Assembly (NCBI RefSeq): GCF_006345805.1
Contig: NC_043003.1
Span: 4,340,001 to 4,404,000 of the forward strand
DNA from: Octopus sinensis
Taxonomy: Eukaryota
Reading direction: 5' to 3'
DNA: 64,000 bases
Under the pieces are notes generated by a model. It worked only from the letters and a program-made list of their open reading frames with translations, was not told the DNA's origin and did no database searches. The translations under genes were made by a program, and so were the position numbers. Positions 52,575-64,000 of the stretch are shown piece after piece. How positions within the stretch are numbered: the stretch's first letter is position 1; each line of letters opens with the position of its first letter.

Positions 52575-52906
52575 GACACCCGTGCAGGTGACACGTAAAA
52601 AGAAAAGCACCGTCCGAACGTGGCAGATGCCAGCGCCACCTGGCATCCGTGTCGGTGACACGTAAAAGCACCAGCCGATCGTGGCCGTTTGCCAGTCTCC
52701 TCTGGTCCCTGTGCCTGTGGCACCTAAAAAGCACCCGCTACACTCTCGGAGTGGTTGGCGTTAGGAAGGTCATCCAACTGTAGAAACACTACCAGATCAT
52801 ACTGGTGCCTGGTGCAGCTTCCTGGCTTCCCAGACCCCGGTCGAACCGTCCAACCCATGCTAGCATGGAAAACGGACGTTAAACGATGATGATGATGATG
52901 ATGATG
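52575..52906 (+). mobile_element. SINE-like family D, 3' part with (GAT)n tail
   Basis: GTGGTTGGCGTTAGGAAGGTCATCCA.CTGTAGAAAC...CCCATGCTAGCATGGAAAACGGACGTTAAACGATGATGATG. Confidence 0.75.
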
Positions 52907-53484
52907 ATATATACATATAATGTTTTTCGCCACTTCAGCATGGCTGTTCCGTTCGAACCGACGTTACTCCAAATTTTAACCCCTAGAGGATGCTTCCTCT
53001 AGCTGGTTATCGATGCAATATGCACTCGAATTATATGGTAAGCAGGGGAGCAAACATCTACCATCTTCTAGCGACTCGACAGGACCAGTAGACAGTCCGG
53101 TTTTGGACTATTGTTTGCCCATCCTCAGTGCTGGGCACCCGTCTAGTGGAGATAACAATAATTCGTTCTATCACGCGCAATGTGGAGAAAAACAAGTGAC
53201 AATCAGTCACTGATCTTGCAACGAGTCTGCTGGTCTTTGTCAAGTCACTAGATGATGGTCTGAGTTCGGTCCCCTGTTTGGAATATATGTTGGGTGCAGA
53301 TTGCATCGATAACCAGCAAGAGGAGGATTAATCTTAGGTTTAGAAACGGTAGTAATGTCGGTTCGTACGGAACAGCCATGTTGAAGTGGCGGCAACCATT
53401 GCTTCTCGGTATAGTTATTAGTTTCGTCTCTTACGGAGATTATCCAAGTTGCCACTTTGCTTGTTATATATATATGTAGAGAGC

Positions 53485-53518
<34 letters not shown>

Positions 53519-53547
53519 AAGAGAGCAAGAGGCAGATTCACACACAT

Positions 53548-53676
<129 letters not shown>

Positions 53677-53697
53677 TAGATAGATAGATAGATAGAG

Positions 53698-53745
<48 letters not shown>

Positions 53746-53770
53746 GGATAGATAGATAGATAGATGGATA

Positions 53771-54160
53771 GATATGTTTCTTTATTAGCCACACAGGGCT
53801 GCACACAGATAGAACAAATTACAAGGTAGAGCTTTTCTTTTGAAGGTTTAAAAAAAAAAAAAAAAGAAAAAATAGGAAGGGGGAGTTTCGATCAAAAGGG
53901 ATCGTAAAAGGAGAGAAAGAGGACAAAAAAAGGGGGGTTAAAATAAAAAGGGGGAGAGGAAGAAAAAAAAGAGAAAAAAAAAAAAAAAAAAATTGATCAA
54001 TAGGGATCGTTATCACAGAAATGTCAATATGAAGTGTAAAGGGGAGGACAGGTGAGGTTTACCCGTGGAAAGAAAAGCCTACGGAAAAGACCACGGTAAC
54101 CTCGGTCAATGGAGTCACATGTTATATTTCTTTTTTTTTTTTTTTTTTTTGCAAATAAGC
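53771..54160 (-). mobile_element. LINE 3' UTR, possibly Tx1-like, ending in a (TATC)n array
   Basis: Minus strand pyrimidine-rich UTR, then GGCTAATAAAGAAAC, then directly the (TATC)n array at 53540-53772. Confidence 0.55.
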
Positions 54161-54369
54161 AACTCTCTGTTTTCAATTTCTGGGTTCATAGGATCATGCT
54201 CAAGGTGGCTTCGTCATTCATACGTGCCAGTTTGCTACATTCACCCATCTTTTTTTAAAACATTCGCTAGAAAAACTTGCCTCTCTACTCTCACTTTCTT
54301 TTCAAGTGGTACTTGAGAAGATAGATAGACAGATATATAGATAGAACATAGATATATAGATAGATAGCG

Positions 54370-54444
<75 letters not shown>

Positions 54445-54932
54445 ACTGACGTATATTTGTGTTTATATAAAAGCAAAAATGCATACCATCGCTTGCACAT
54501 ACATATATATATATATATATATATAAATATATATACACACACACACGCACATGCGTATGTTATGTTTGCTTGTTTTCTGTGTGTATTTTCTTTTTTGTAT
54601 GTTCGTTTATGAGTCTGTGTGTTTTGAGGATTTCCGCTCTGATGTAATAAATCTGATCATAGTGCAAATATTTGATTTCGAAAGAGAAAACAGAACAGTA
54701 CAAAAGAAGAGAGGGTTTAAAGAGCGGCAATGTTTGATTTAGGTGAGAATGTAAGTTGGTGTCATAGATAGAGGCCGGCACACCCATAGCCGGCTCGCAC
54801 AACAATGCCTACGGAATTCGATAACTGTTCTGACACATTTTATAATCGCTAGTTTTTTTTCTAGGCTGAGATGATTTATTCAGCTAATTCTAAATATCAA
54901 ACCCTTCCTTACATGTAACTATATATATATAT

Positions 54933-54963
<31 letters not shown>

Positions 54964-55092
54964 CATACAGACATACATACATACATGTATGTGATATATA
55001 TATATATATATATATATATTTTTTTTGTAAGTGTGTATTGTGTGTGTCTATATATGTATATATGTGCACAGAATCTATGTAAATATGCATGT

Positions 55093-55124
<32 letters not shown>

Positions 55125-55359
55125 ATTATTATATATATATATAATATATATATAATATATAATATATATATATATATAATATATATATACATATATATAT
55201 AATCTCTGTGTGTGTGTGTGTCTGTGTGTCGTGTCCCCATTTTGCTTGAAATCCGTGTTAGAGCGTTTCCTTCCCCTCAAAAGAAACCGATACAACAAGT
55301 TCCAGGCTCCGAAGATAACTGTTGGAAGGGGGGGGGTCGATTCGTTTGGCAAAAAAGAA

Positions 55360-55618
55360 AGAAATACTTAAAAGCGGTGCCCCAGCATGGCCGCAATCTA
55401 ACGACTGAAACAAGTAAAAGAAAAGAATAAAAGCATTTTGTTTATATATATTTAGGTGCAGGAGTGGGTGTGTGGTAAGAACCTTATTTCCTAATCACAT
55501 GGTTCCGAGTTCAGTCCCACTGCGTGGCTCCTTGGGCAAGTGTCTTCTACTATAGCCTCGGGCGAACCCAAGCTTTGTGAGTGGATTTGGTTGACGGAAA
55601 CTGAAAGAAGCTCATCCT
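55360..55618 (+). mobile_element. SINE family A tail fragment followed by a head fragment
   Basis: Tail at 55360-55432; head + CORE-like region at 55455-55618. Confidence 0.85.
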
Positions 55619-55635
55619 ATATATATATATATTGT

Positions 55636-55806
55636 TGTGTCTAGGGAGAGGCATTCTCTTTTAGTGCCTTATTAACACACTCACCGGTTCAATCCCACTC
55701 CTTTACTCATTAGAAAAAATAAATAAATAGGCAAATGAGTGGAAACTGAACTGGTGAGTGTGTTAAATAATAAGGCACTAAAAGAGAATGAATCTCCCTA
55801 GACACA
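55636..55806. repeat. Fold-back of about 170 bp with imperfect 65-bp arms
   Basis: TGTGTCTAGGGAGA..CATTCTCTTTTAGTGCCTTATT..AACACACTCACC and its reverse complement at 55737-55806. Confidence 0.85.
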
Positions 55807-55915
55807 CGCGCATAACAAAATAAGCTTCAACACACGAACTCACAAAAGAATCTTGTAAACAAATCCCAAAATGAAATACATACACACACAATACAATATA
55901 TATATATATATATAT

Positions 55916-55954
<39 letters not shown>

Positions 55955-56560
55955 CACAAAACACACATATATATATATATATCAGACTGATCTCTAACTC
56001 TCACTCTCTCCATAAATACTCGTACACACATATTTATGAATTATTGTGTGTACACAATGTTTCATATGGTCACATGGTGTGGCTCGGATATCCTTTGTGC
56101 GAGTGGGCGCTGACAGTTCGTGAGCTGGCGATCAGGGAATATTGAGCAAATCTAGAAAACAGCTGCAATATAGAAAACGAAGTTGGCCATTGCTACTACA
56201 GTGTCGTGTCAAATGTCATTTCATAAGCAACTGGAGACAAGATGTTTTCTTAAAGAAATCAAATATTCTAACTGTGGCAAGTGTTTGTATCGAGATGTCC
56301 TAGATGTTTTTCTGCGGATATGTTTGTCTGTGTGTCGATGACCCTTCATGCCATATCTGTGTATATGTTTGTTCTAGATGTGCCACAAAATAACTTTTAT
56401 CTTTTTTAACATCAAAGTTAAATATGTCTGTCATATATCTATAAATATATGAAAACAAAGGTAGAAATAACAAATATATTCATATCGCATTTTTACAGTA
56501 AATATTTTACTGAAAGTTTTCACAAAGTCACTTTTATAAACACACACACACACTCACACA

Positions 56561-56598
<38 letters not shown>

Positions 56599-56834
56599 GG
56601 GGGGATGTAATTTTACAAAAGGATTTCCGTATAGAAAAATGTTTCCGTTATAATATTGACTATGATCTAATGTATTCAGATTTCGTGTATTTCTATTGCA
56701 AAGTGAGAACTGGCTGCTATTTCTAGCAACCATATAGCGACTCCAACCAAAGAACTGTAGACGTGATATAATCGACACAATATGGTAGACAGGATAGCTG
56801 AACACATTCTGGGCGTGTTCGCTTATAGTTATAC

Positions 56835-57050
56835 CCTCCTCCTCCTCCTCATTATCATCATCATCATCGTCATCATCATTTTTGTCATCATCATCATCAT
56901 TTTTGTCATCATCATCATCATCATCATCATCGTCGTCTTCATCATCATCATCGTCACCCTCATCGTCATCATCATCATCATCATCGTCATCATCATCATC
57001 ATCATCGCCGTCGTCGTCATCGTCATCGTTGTTGTTGCTGTCGTCGTAGC
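56835..57050. repeat. Degenerate (CAT)n / (CGT)n array
   Basis: Seen directly. Confidence 0.95.
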
Positions 57051-57528
57051 TTAGCTCGCTGTCAGCTCTGAATCCACAATCATAAGTGTTCCAGACATGA
57101 CACTCCAGTCTTTATTCTCAGACACACTAAATTCATAATTTCTTTTCTCTTCCAGTGTCCACAACTGAAATCTGTCTTTCACTGCGGCCCCAGGAAGCTC
57201 TGACGGCCATTGCTTCCGGTCGATTTACAATTTTCATTCTGTGCATCTCTGCCAATAGCACAAGATGCAGTGGGGGCTTTGTGATTTCAAAAATCATTGG
57301 CTGCTATTTTTAGCAGGTCAAGCAACCATCTAAATTCTTTTTCATTGGCTTCAAATTGCATTCCAAGGCCTGACTGCTGAAAGAGAAGGTCACTCCTCTG
57401 CATCGACTCCAATGCGCAACTGTTATTTTATCGATCCCGAAAGGATGAACGGCAAAGTCGACCTGGGTGGTATTTCAACTCAGAACGTAATGCTGGACGA
57501 TGTAAGCAGCCTACACTCTCACCCAACA

Positions 57529-57628
57529 NNNNNNNNNNNNNNNNNNNNNNNNNNNNNNNNNNNNNNNNNNNNNNNNNNNNNNNNNNNNNNNNNNNNNNNN
57601 NNNNNNNNNNNNNNNNNNNNNNNNNNNN
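57529..57628. other. Assembly gap (100 N)
   Basis: Run of N; true length and adjacency unknown. Confidence 1.
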
Positions 57629-58600
57629 CGAACTCAACTCCAGTCTGATCTATATGCTGTGAGTCAATGGGCAGACAGAAAAAAATGCAACTGAATGAGG
57701 GAAAATTTGAGCTGATGATGCATTTTGGAAGAAATTCCTCACTAAAACAACAACATACTCTCTTCCTTCAGGGAACCGCTCACAGCCTCTAACAATATCA
57801 GAGACCTGGGTATAATTGTTGATGACGATCTCAGTTGGAGTGCACACATCAACAAGAAGGTCGATATAGCTCGTAGGATGAGTTCCTGGATCTTAAGAAC
57901 TTTCCGGTCCAGAGAACAAGGTGTCATCATACCACTTTTTTCCTCCTTTGTAAAGCCACACCTTGAATACTGCTGCCCACTGTGGTCTCCTCACACAAGA
58001 CAAAACATCTCCAGAATTGAGTCACCCCTGAGGGCTCTCACTAAACAAATTGAAGGCATGGCTGCTCTCGATTATTGGGATCGCCTTAAAGCCTTGAAAA
58101 CCTTACTCCCTCCAGCGTCGCCGTGAGCGGTACATCGTTTGTACGATGTGGAAAATATACCGCCAACTTTGCCCAAACGACCTAAACATTAGCTTCAAGG
58201 TTCATCCAAGACTTGGACCACGGGCTATACGTCCCCTGCCAAATTCAAGATCACAACATACATGTACACTGCAACATATTTCTTTTCCTCAACAGGCCCT
58301 GCCCTATTTAACATTGTCCCGAGGGAGATCAAAGACGAAAAGGATCCCATCAACTTTAAACAGAGTTTGGATAGATTCCTTCAAGAATACCAGATAAGCC
58401 ACCCATAATTGGATACAACTCACCAACAAGAACTCACACTTGAACAAAACTGGATTACAAACTCACCCAACAAGAACTCACTACTTGAACAAAACTTGAC
58501 TTAAACAGGATCGAATAATCCTATCAGGTGGTGCTGTTAAGTTAGACATGGCCTGGACCAATCTCTGGTCGAAACATATCTAAAGTTTTATCTAAGTTTT
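57629..58600 (+). mobile_element. CR1/L2-type LINE RT C-terminus and 3' UTR, frameshifted
   Basis: LQSDLYAVSQW...MQLNEGKFE..HFGR; IRDLGIIVDDDLSWSAHINK; LFSSFVKPHLEYCCPLWSPH; LDYWDRLKAL...SLQRRRERY. Confidence 0.9.
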
Positions 58601-58743
58601 ATGTATATGAATGCATGTATGTATATATATATATGTATATGAATACATGTATGTATGTATATATATATGTATGTATGTATATGAATGTATGTATGTATGT
58701 ATATATATATACATATGTATGTATGTATATGAATGAATGTATG

Positions 58744-58790
<47 letters not shown>

Positions 58791-59567
58791 ATGGATGTAT
58801 GTAAAAAATGTATTAAGAACGTAACAGACGACAATAAAAAAGCATACGGACAGATAGACGATAAAAGACGCACAGGGGAAAACAAGGACAGATCATTCAT
58901 GGCCTTCTATTCATCAGTCAAGTTTCCAAATTATTAGAGTTTCGGCCTCTTATATTTGAGAATGTTCAAAATTGACTCGCCTCAAAAATCTAAGCTAAGA
59001 GCATTTAAATTTAGGAAGAAAGCAAGTGAATGTGTATAATACAGACACAATGAAAAAACCCCAGAAAACAGAGAAAATGTCCCACTATTACAGATACAAA
59101 CAATTAAAAGATAACTACAGGTGTCTTTCGACTAAAAAGGAAGAGTCAAGTTGAGTTTGCGTCTAGAGTGAAAGACTCGAGGCACAAACATAGATGAAGA
59201 TCAGGAGTCAAGGAAACAAGAGCTACTGTAAAGGGAGGATGTTGGGCCTACCGAGCGTCAAACTAATACACGTGCTTGTATGTATACGTTACTATCGTCT
59301 TTGTTTTATCTACATTTCAACTATATATACATGCATACATACAAACCTGCATATTTGTATATATATATATATATATATATTATATATTGTATATATATAT
59401 ATAATATATATATCTATATATACGATTATATGTAAATTCAGCAAAATTTAGAGTCAAAGGCACCAGAATTTTGTATGGTATTATCCATGTAAATCCATGG
59501 GATGATTACAATCAAAATAAGCTACAAGCAACTTGGATATACTTGTTGCTTATTTTGATTATATATA

Positions 59568-59603
<36 letters not shown>

Positions 59604-59639
59604 TGTATGTATGCATGTATGCATGTATATATTAGATTG

Positions 59640-59713
59640 ACGTTTGGTAAAAATGAAAGTGTTTTACGTTTCGAGCCTACGCTCTTCAACAGAAAGGAAT
59701 AAGAAACAATAAA

Positions 59714-59720
<7 letters not shown>
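59640..59720 (-). mobile_element. Penelope-like fragment, U6 hammerhead subfamily
   Basis: Minus strand CCTTTCTGTTGAAGAGCGTAGGCTCGAAACGTAAAAC (59661-59696). Confidence 0.7.
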
Positions 59721-59759
<39 letters not shown>

Positions 59760-59950
59760 TGAAAAATACTTGTAGATTCCTGCTGTCCAGCATGGTGTGT
59801 ATACGTACGTATGTATAGATATGCATACTCATACACACATGTAAGCATATATGTGCGTATATGCCTATACATATACACTTATATATATATATATATACCA
59901 TTATATATACACACTAATACAATCATATAATTATATATATTCATATAATA

Positions 59951-59985
<35 letters not shown>

Positions 59986-60307
59986 CACGCACACATGCAT
60001 GCACGCACACAACCGTACATTCATATCTTTATATAAATATGTATGTGCGTGTGTGTCGGTGTAATGTGTGTGTATGTACAATCATTTGATGGTGTCTTGC
60101 CACGAAACTTTAGACAGTTTTGAATGAATACTGTAATCTTTTGTAATAAAGTTTATATAGTCTCTGTTTTTATGCATCGAGCTCGCTTGCTCCTGCTTGT
60201 AAAACTAAACCTAAAATGTCGAAGCAAACATAATGCATACACACACACACACACACACACACAATCACACAATATATTATATATATATAATATATATATA
60301 ATATATT

Positions 60308-60339
<32 letters not shown>

Positions 60340-60530
60340 TCAGAGAAGGGAAGAGATACATGGACGGATGGGTAATTAATATATTAATATATACATACAC
60401 AAACACGCAGACATTTCTATATTTACGAAAATAAATATGCTTATATATTCTGTATGTGTGTTTTGTATACATATATATACATATATATATATATGTGTGT
60501 GTGTATTTTATAAATATATATGTTTATGTG

Positions 60531-60573
<43 letters not shown>

Positions 60574-60915
60574 CATATATATAAATATGTGTGTGTATGT
60601 GCGTATGTGTATGTGTGTGTTTGCATGTTTACTTGTGTTATTTCCGGGTTTGATAAAATAAGTACCAGTCAGATACTGGAGTCAATTTCATGTTTCTCCT
60701 TCTTCTCGTTATCTCTTCCTTATTCGTCTTCCGTCTTCTCCCCGCTCCCCCGCTCCCCCGCCCCTCTTCGCCACTTCTCCGCCGCAACGCACCTCCTCCC
60801 CGCAGATTCTTCACCACTTTATGCTTCACCTGTGAAGCGTTGACGAAACTGCAGTATTGCTTGTGGAGACATACCCTAGAGATATACGGTATTGTTTTAA
60901 GTGCCGTGTTGTCAT

Positions 60916-60931
60916 TAGCGCCACCTGCCGG
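60916..60931 (-). promoter_or_regulatory. Candidate CTCF-binding site
   Basis: Minus strand CCGGCAGGTGGCGCTA, one mismatch from CCAGCAGGTGGCGCTA, in non-repeat DNA. Confidence 0.4.
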
Positions 60932-61401
60932 GAGACAGACGCTTAATTAACATACCAAGTGTGCAGTAGTTGATGACAACAGGAAGGGAAGATTAAATAT
61001 TAACATGAAACTCACTAGACGCATGTGTGTATGTTTGTCAGAGAGGGTTTTCTCATGCAAACACACACACAAAGACACACACAGACACACGCAAACACAC
61101 ACGCAGACATACACAGACACACACACACACACAGGCACAGTCATAACTTCGCCATATAGTGGATGATTTATATATATCCATTTATATGACTGTGTGTGTC
61201 TACGCATGCATGGGTATAAACACATATATGTATGTCTGTATATTTATATATATACATATATATTTATCTATGTATATATGTATATATATATATATAATAT
61301 ATATGTAAACATATATGTGTGTGTGTGTGAGTGTGTGCATACATAAATGTATGGGTATAGATAGATATGAATATATATACGCGTCAATTTTTATGTATAT
61401 T

Positions 61402-61590
61402 CGCCATGTTGGACCGCTGAAACATACCGATTTTTTTCAATCTCTATTTAATTCCTCTTATTCCTTTCTGTTGAAGAGCGTTGACTCGAAACGTAAAAGC
61501 CTTTTCCAATTTTCCTGAGCGTCAAAGTAATACACTTGCTTCTTGTTCCTACATCTGTCTTCATCTTTTGGTTTTCTATAAATTTCAACT
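61402..61590 (+). mobile_element. Penelope-like terminal fragment, U6 subfamily
   Basis: CTTTCTGTTGAAGAGCGTTGACTCGAAACGTAAAAG at 61464-61499. Confidence 0.7.
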
Positions 61591-61677
61591 ATATACATAC
61601 ATACACATACATACATACATACATACATACATACATACATGCATATATATATGTATATATATATATATATATATATA

Positions 61678-61879
61678 GGGGGAGTTTACGAAAAAAAAAC
61701 AGAAGACGAAGACGGGTGGTGTACAAAACAAACAGATGTATTAGTATAACGCTCAGGAATAGAAAAAGTCTTTTATGTTTCGAGCCTACGCTCTTCTACA
61801 GAAAGGGACACAGAAAAAAAACAAGGTGAGAAGCCAAGAGAAAAAAAATGTGTGTAGTGGCTAACGATCTATCTTGGCG
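61678..61879 (-). mobile_element. Penelope-like terminal fragment, U6 subfamily
   Basis: Reverse complement of the 14320-14515 type; motif at 61770-61805. Confidence 0.75.
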
Positions 61880-62119
61880 ACTGACTGCCGGACAGAAGAG
61901 TCACACAAGAGAATGAAGAAGTAGGGGAGATTACACGAAGGTGCGTGTGTGTTCATTAACATTTCCCTGACTGATTTCATTGTTGATATACCATATTGCT
62001 TGCATACCCCTGATACGCGTTTCATATCAGAGTCTGTTAACCTGATATTTACATTTTCTTTACCATGTGTTGCAATTACGCAATCCTCTCGAAGGAAACT
62101 GAAGAATTAGAAACAGTCC

Positions 62120-62169
62120 AAAGGCCTTGTGAATGGATTTGGTAGACGGAAACTGAAAGAAGCCCGTCG

Positions 62170-62204
<35 letters not shown>

Positions 62205-62390
62205 TTGTCCCCACCCCACAACATCGCCTGACAACCGGTGCTGCTATGTTTACGTCCCCGTAACTTAGCGGTTCGGCAATATAATAAGCACTAGGCTAAC
62301 AAAGAATAAGTCTTGGTTTCGGTTTGTTTGACTAAAGGCGGAGCTCCAGTATGGCCGCAGTCAAATGACTGAGACAAGTAAAAGTATAAA
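62120..62390 (+). mobile_element. 5'-truncated SINE family A
   Basis: AAGGCCTTGTGAATGGATTTGGTAGACGG to ATGACTGAGACAAGTAAAAG. Confidence 0.9.
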
Positions 62391-62558
62391 AGCGAAAGAA
62401 TCAAAGAACATCAAAAACTCGTTTTCAATTATTTCTTTCTCTTCTTTTATTATTGTGTGTTTTTTTATTCGGTACAACCGTCGTCCTTTGATGTGTTCAC
62501 GTTTGTTCTTTTATTCTTTGATTCTCGTTTTAAGATATTGCATATTCGAGCTGGCATA

Positions 62559-62791
62559 AAGGCGGCGAGCTGGCAGAAACGTTAGCAAGCCGGGCGAAAT
62601 GCTTTGCGGTATTTCGTCCGCCGCTGCGTTCTGAGTTCAAATTCTGCCGAGGTCGACTTTTGCCTTTCATCCTTTCAAGGTCGATAAATTAAGTACCAGT
62701 TACGCACTGGGGTCAATGTAATCGACTTAATCCGTTTGTCTGTCCTTGTTTGTCCTCCCTGTGTTTAACCCCTTGTGGGCAGTAAAGAAAT
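62559..62791 (+). mobile_element. SINE family B, full length, 17-bp TSD
   Basis: TSD AGATATTGCATATTCGA at 62533-62549 and 62792-62808. Confidence 0.95.
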
Positions 62792-63064
62792 AGATATTGC
62801 ATATTCGACTACGGTCTCGTTGGTCCAATATGCAATAAGGGGACTTATTTACAGGTACTTCTTTCGATTCCGAAATCCAGTACACGTACACGCACGCACT
62901 CGCGTACACACACGCTCACACACACACACATACTCGGACATAAATCTATGTACATATACAGTATCTATATGTACATATGTATTTTATATATGTCCATATA
63001 TATGTATATGTGTGTGTATCTCTCACCAGTCTTCGTCTTTTGTTTTCGTTAAATCTGAGCTATA

Positions 63065-63380
63065 TATTCTTTTACTTCTTTCAGTCATTTGAGTGTAGCC
63101 ATGCATGATCACTGCTTTTAGTCGAACAAATCGAGCCCAGAATTTATACTTTGTAAAGCATAGTACTTATTCTATCGGTCCTTTTGCTGAATCGATAAGT
63201 TACGAGGACGTAAACACACCACCATCGGTTGTCAAGCGATGATGGGGGGGGGACAAACACAGACACACAAACATATACATATATATATGACGTACTTCTT
63301 TTAGTTTCCGTCTACCAAAACCACTCACAAGGCTTTGGTCAGCCCGAGGCTATATTAGAAGACACTTGCCCAAGGTGTCA
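63065..63380 (-). mobile_element. 5'-truncated SINE family A
   Basis: Tail through the CORE-like region, breaking at CCCAAGGTGTC. Confidence 0.9.
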
Positions 63381-63633
63381 CTCTTCAGAGAGGGATGAGA
63401 GAAAGAAAATGGAGAGCGCAAGAAAAACCAAAATATACAGGAATTTACGGTTCCGTATTATGAATATATATATGTATATCTATAGTAGAAATATGTTACG
63501 AAAAGAAAATATAAAATACACGTGGAAATTTTAGGGTAAAAAATGAAAAATCAACGAAAATGCATATTGCAGATAGAAAAAGGCTATTTATGACAGGTAG
63601 TGAAAAATATATACATTTAGATCGACTGAGATA

Positions 63634-63699
63634 GTAATACGAGTCATAAAGTAATACGAGTCATAAAATAATACGAGTCATAAAGTAATACGAGTCATA
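63634..63699. repeat. 17-bp tandem repeat, about 4 copies
   Basis: (GTAATACGAGTCATAAA) x4 with one mismatch. Confidence 0.95.
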
Positions 63700-64000
63700 T
63701 TATTATGAGATGATTATAAGATGTTAATAATAATAAAGTAAGAGAACAAAACGAACCAATTGGTTTACGCGTAGGCTATTCATCGTTTGAACAACACCGG
63801 TTAATATACGGTGTCAGGTCTAATAGTTCCTGAGAAAAAAGATTATTTGTAAGGGAGGTAAGTAGTTCTGGAAAAAGAGATGTGAGTGATGTAGGAAGTG
63901 TATAGGGTTTAGTGGTTTAAATTGAAGAGTTAGTGGTGTTCTGTATTGAGATGTGTGTTCATATTTAGTTGGGGGAGAAATTTGTTGATGAAAAATGACT

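Noticed and set aside
53085-53330. Protein-like frame ([20 protein letters not shown]...)
   Set aside because: Short, interrupted by a stop, with no recognisable motif
63634-63699. Resemblance of the 17-bp unit (TAATACGAGTCA) to the T7 promoter or an AP-1 site
   Set aside because: It mismatches both consensus sequences at key positions and is most simply a slippage repeat; there is no vector context

Overview
This is eukaryotic, very AT-rich DNA saturated with microsatellites. Its SINE, LINE, Penelope and Helitron content matches a coleoid cephalopod, most likely Octopus (inferred from the repeat families). I can support no intact protein-coding gene, RNA gene or CRISPR array; nearly all ORFs in the supplied track are microsatellite or SINE translations. 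The window holds about 40 tRNA-headed SINE copies in two main families, fragments of R4/Dong-, Tx1-, CR1/L2- and RTE-type LINEs, Penelope-like elements (one RT fragment and many short terminal fragments), two complete non-autonomous Helitrons, several MITE or fold-back elements, and a 100-N assembly gap. Most interesting: (1) about nine minimal hammerhead-ribozyme-like motifs in Penelope-derived repeats, five sharing a non-canonical U6 core; (2) a decayed, unidentified protein with a cryptic 19-aa (57-bp) W..GVY repeat at 3.5-4.1 kb; (3) a deletion junction patched with two exact 72-bp templated copies at 19.1-19.6 kb; (4) opposite hairpin-loop orientation in the two Helitron termini. SINE family names are by resemblance only, and the ends of old repeats are approximate.
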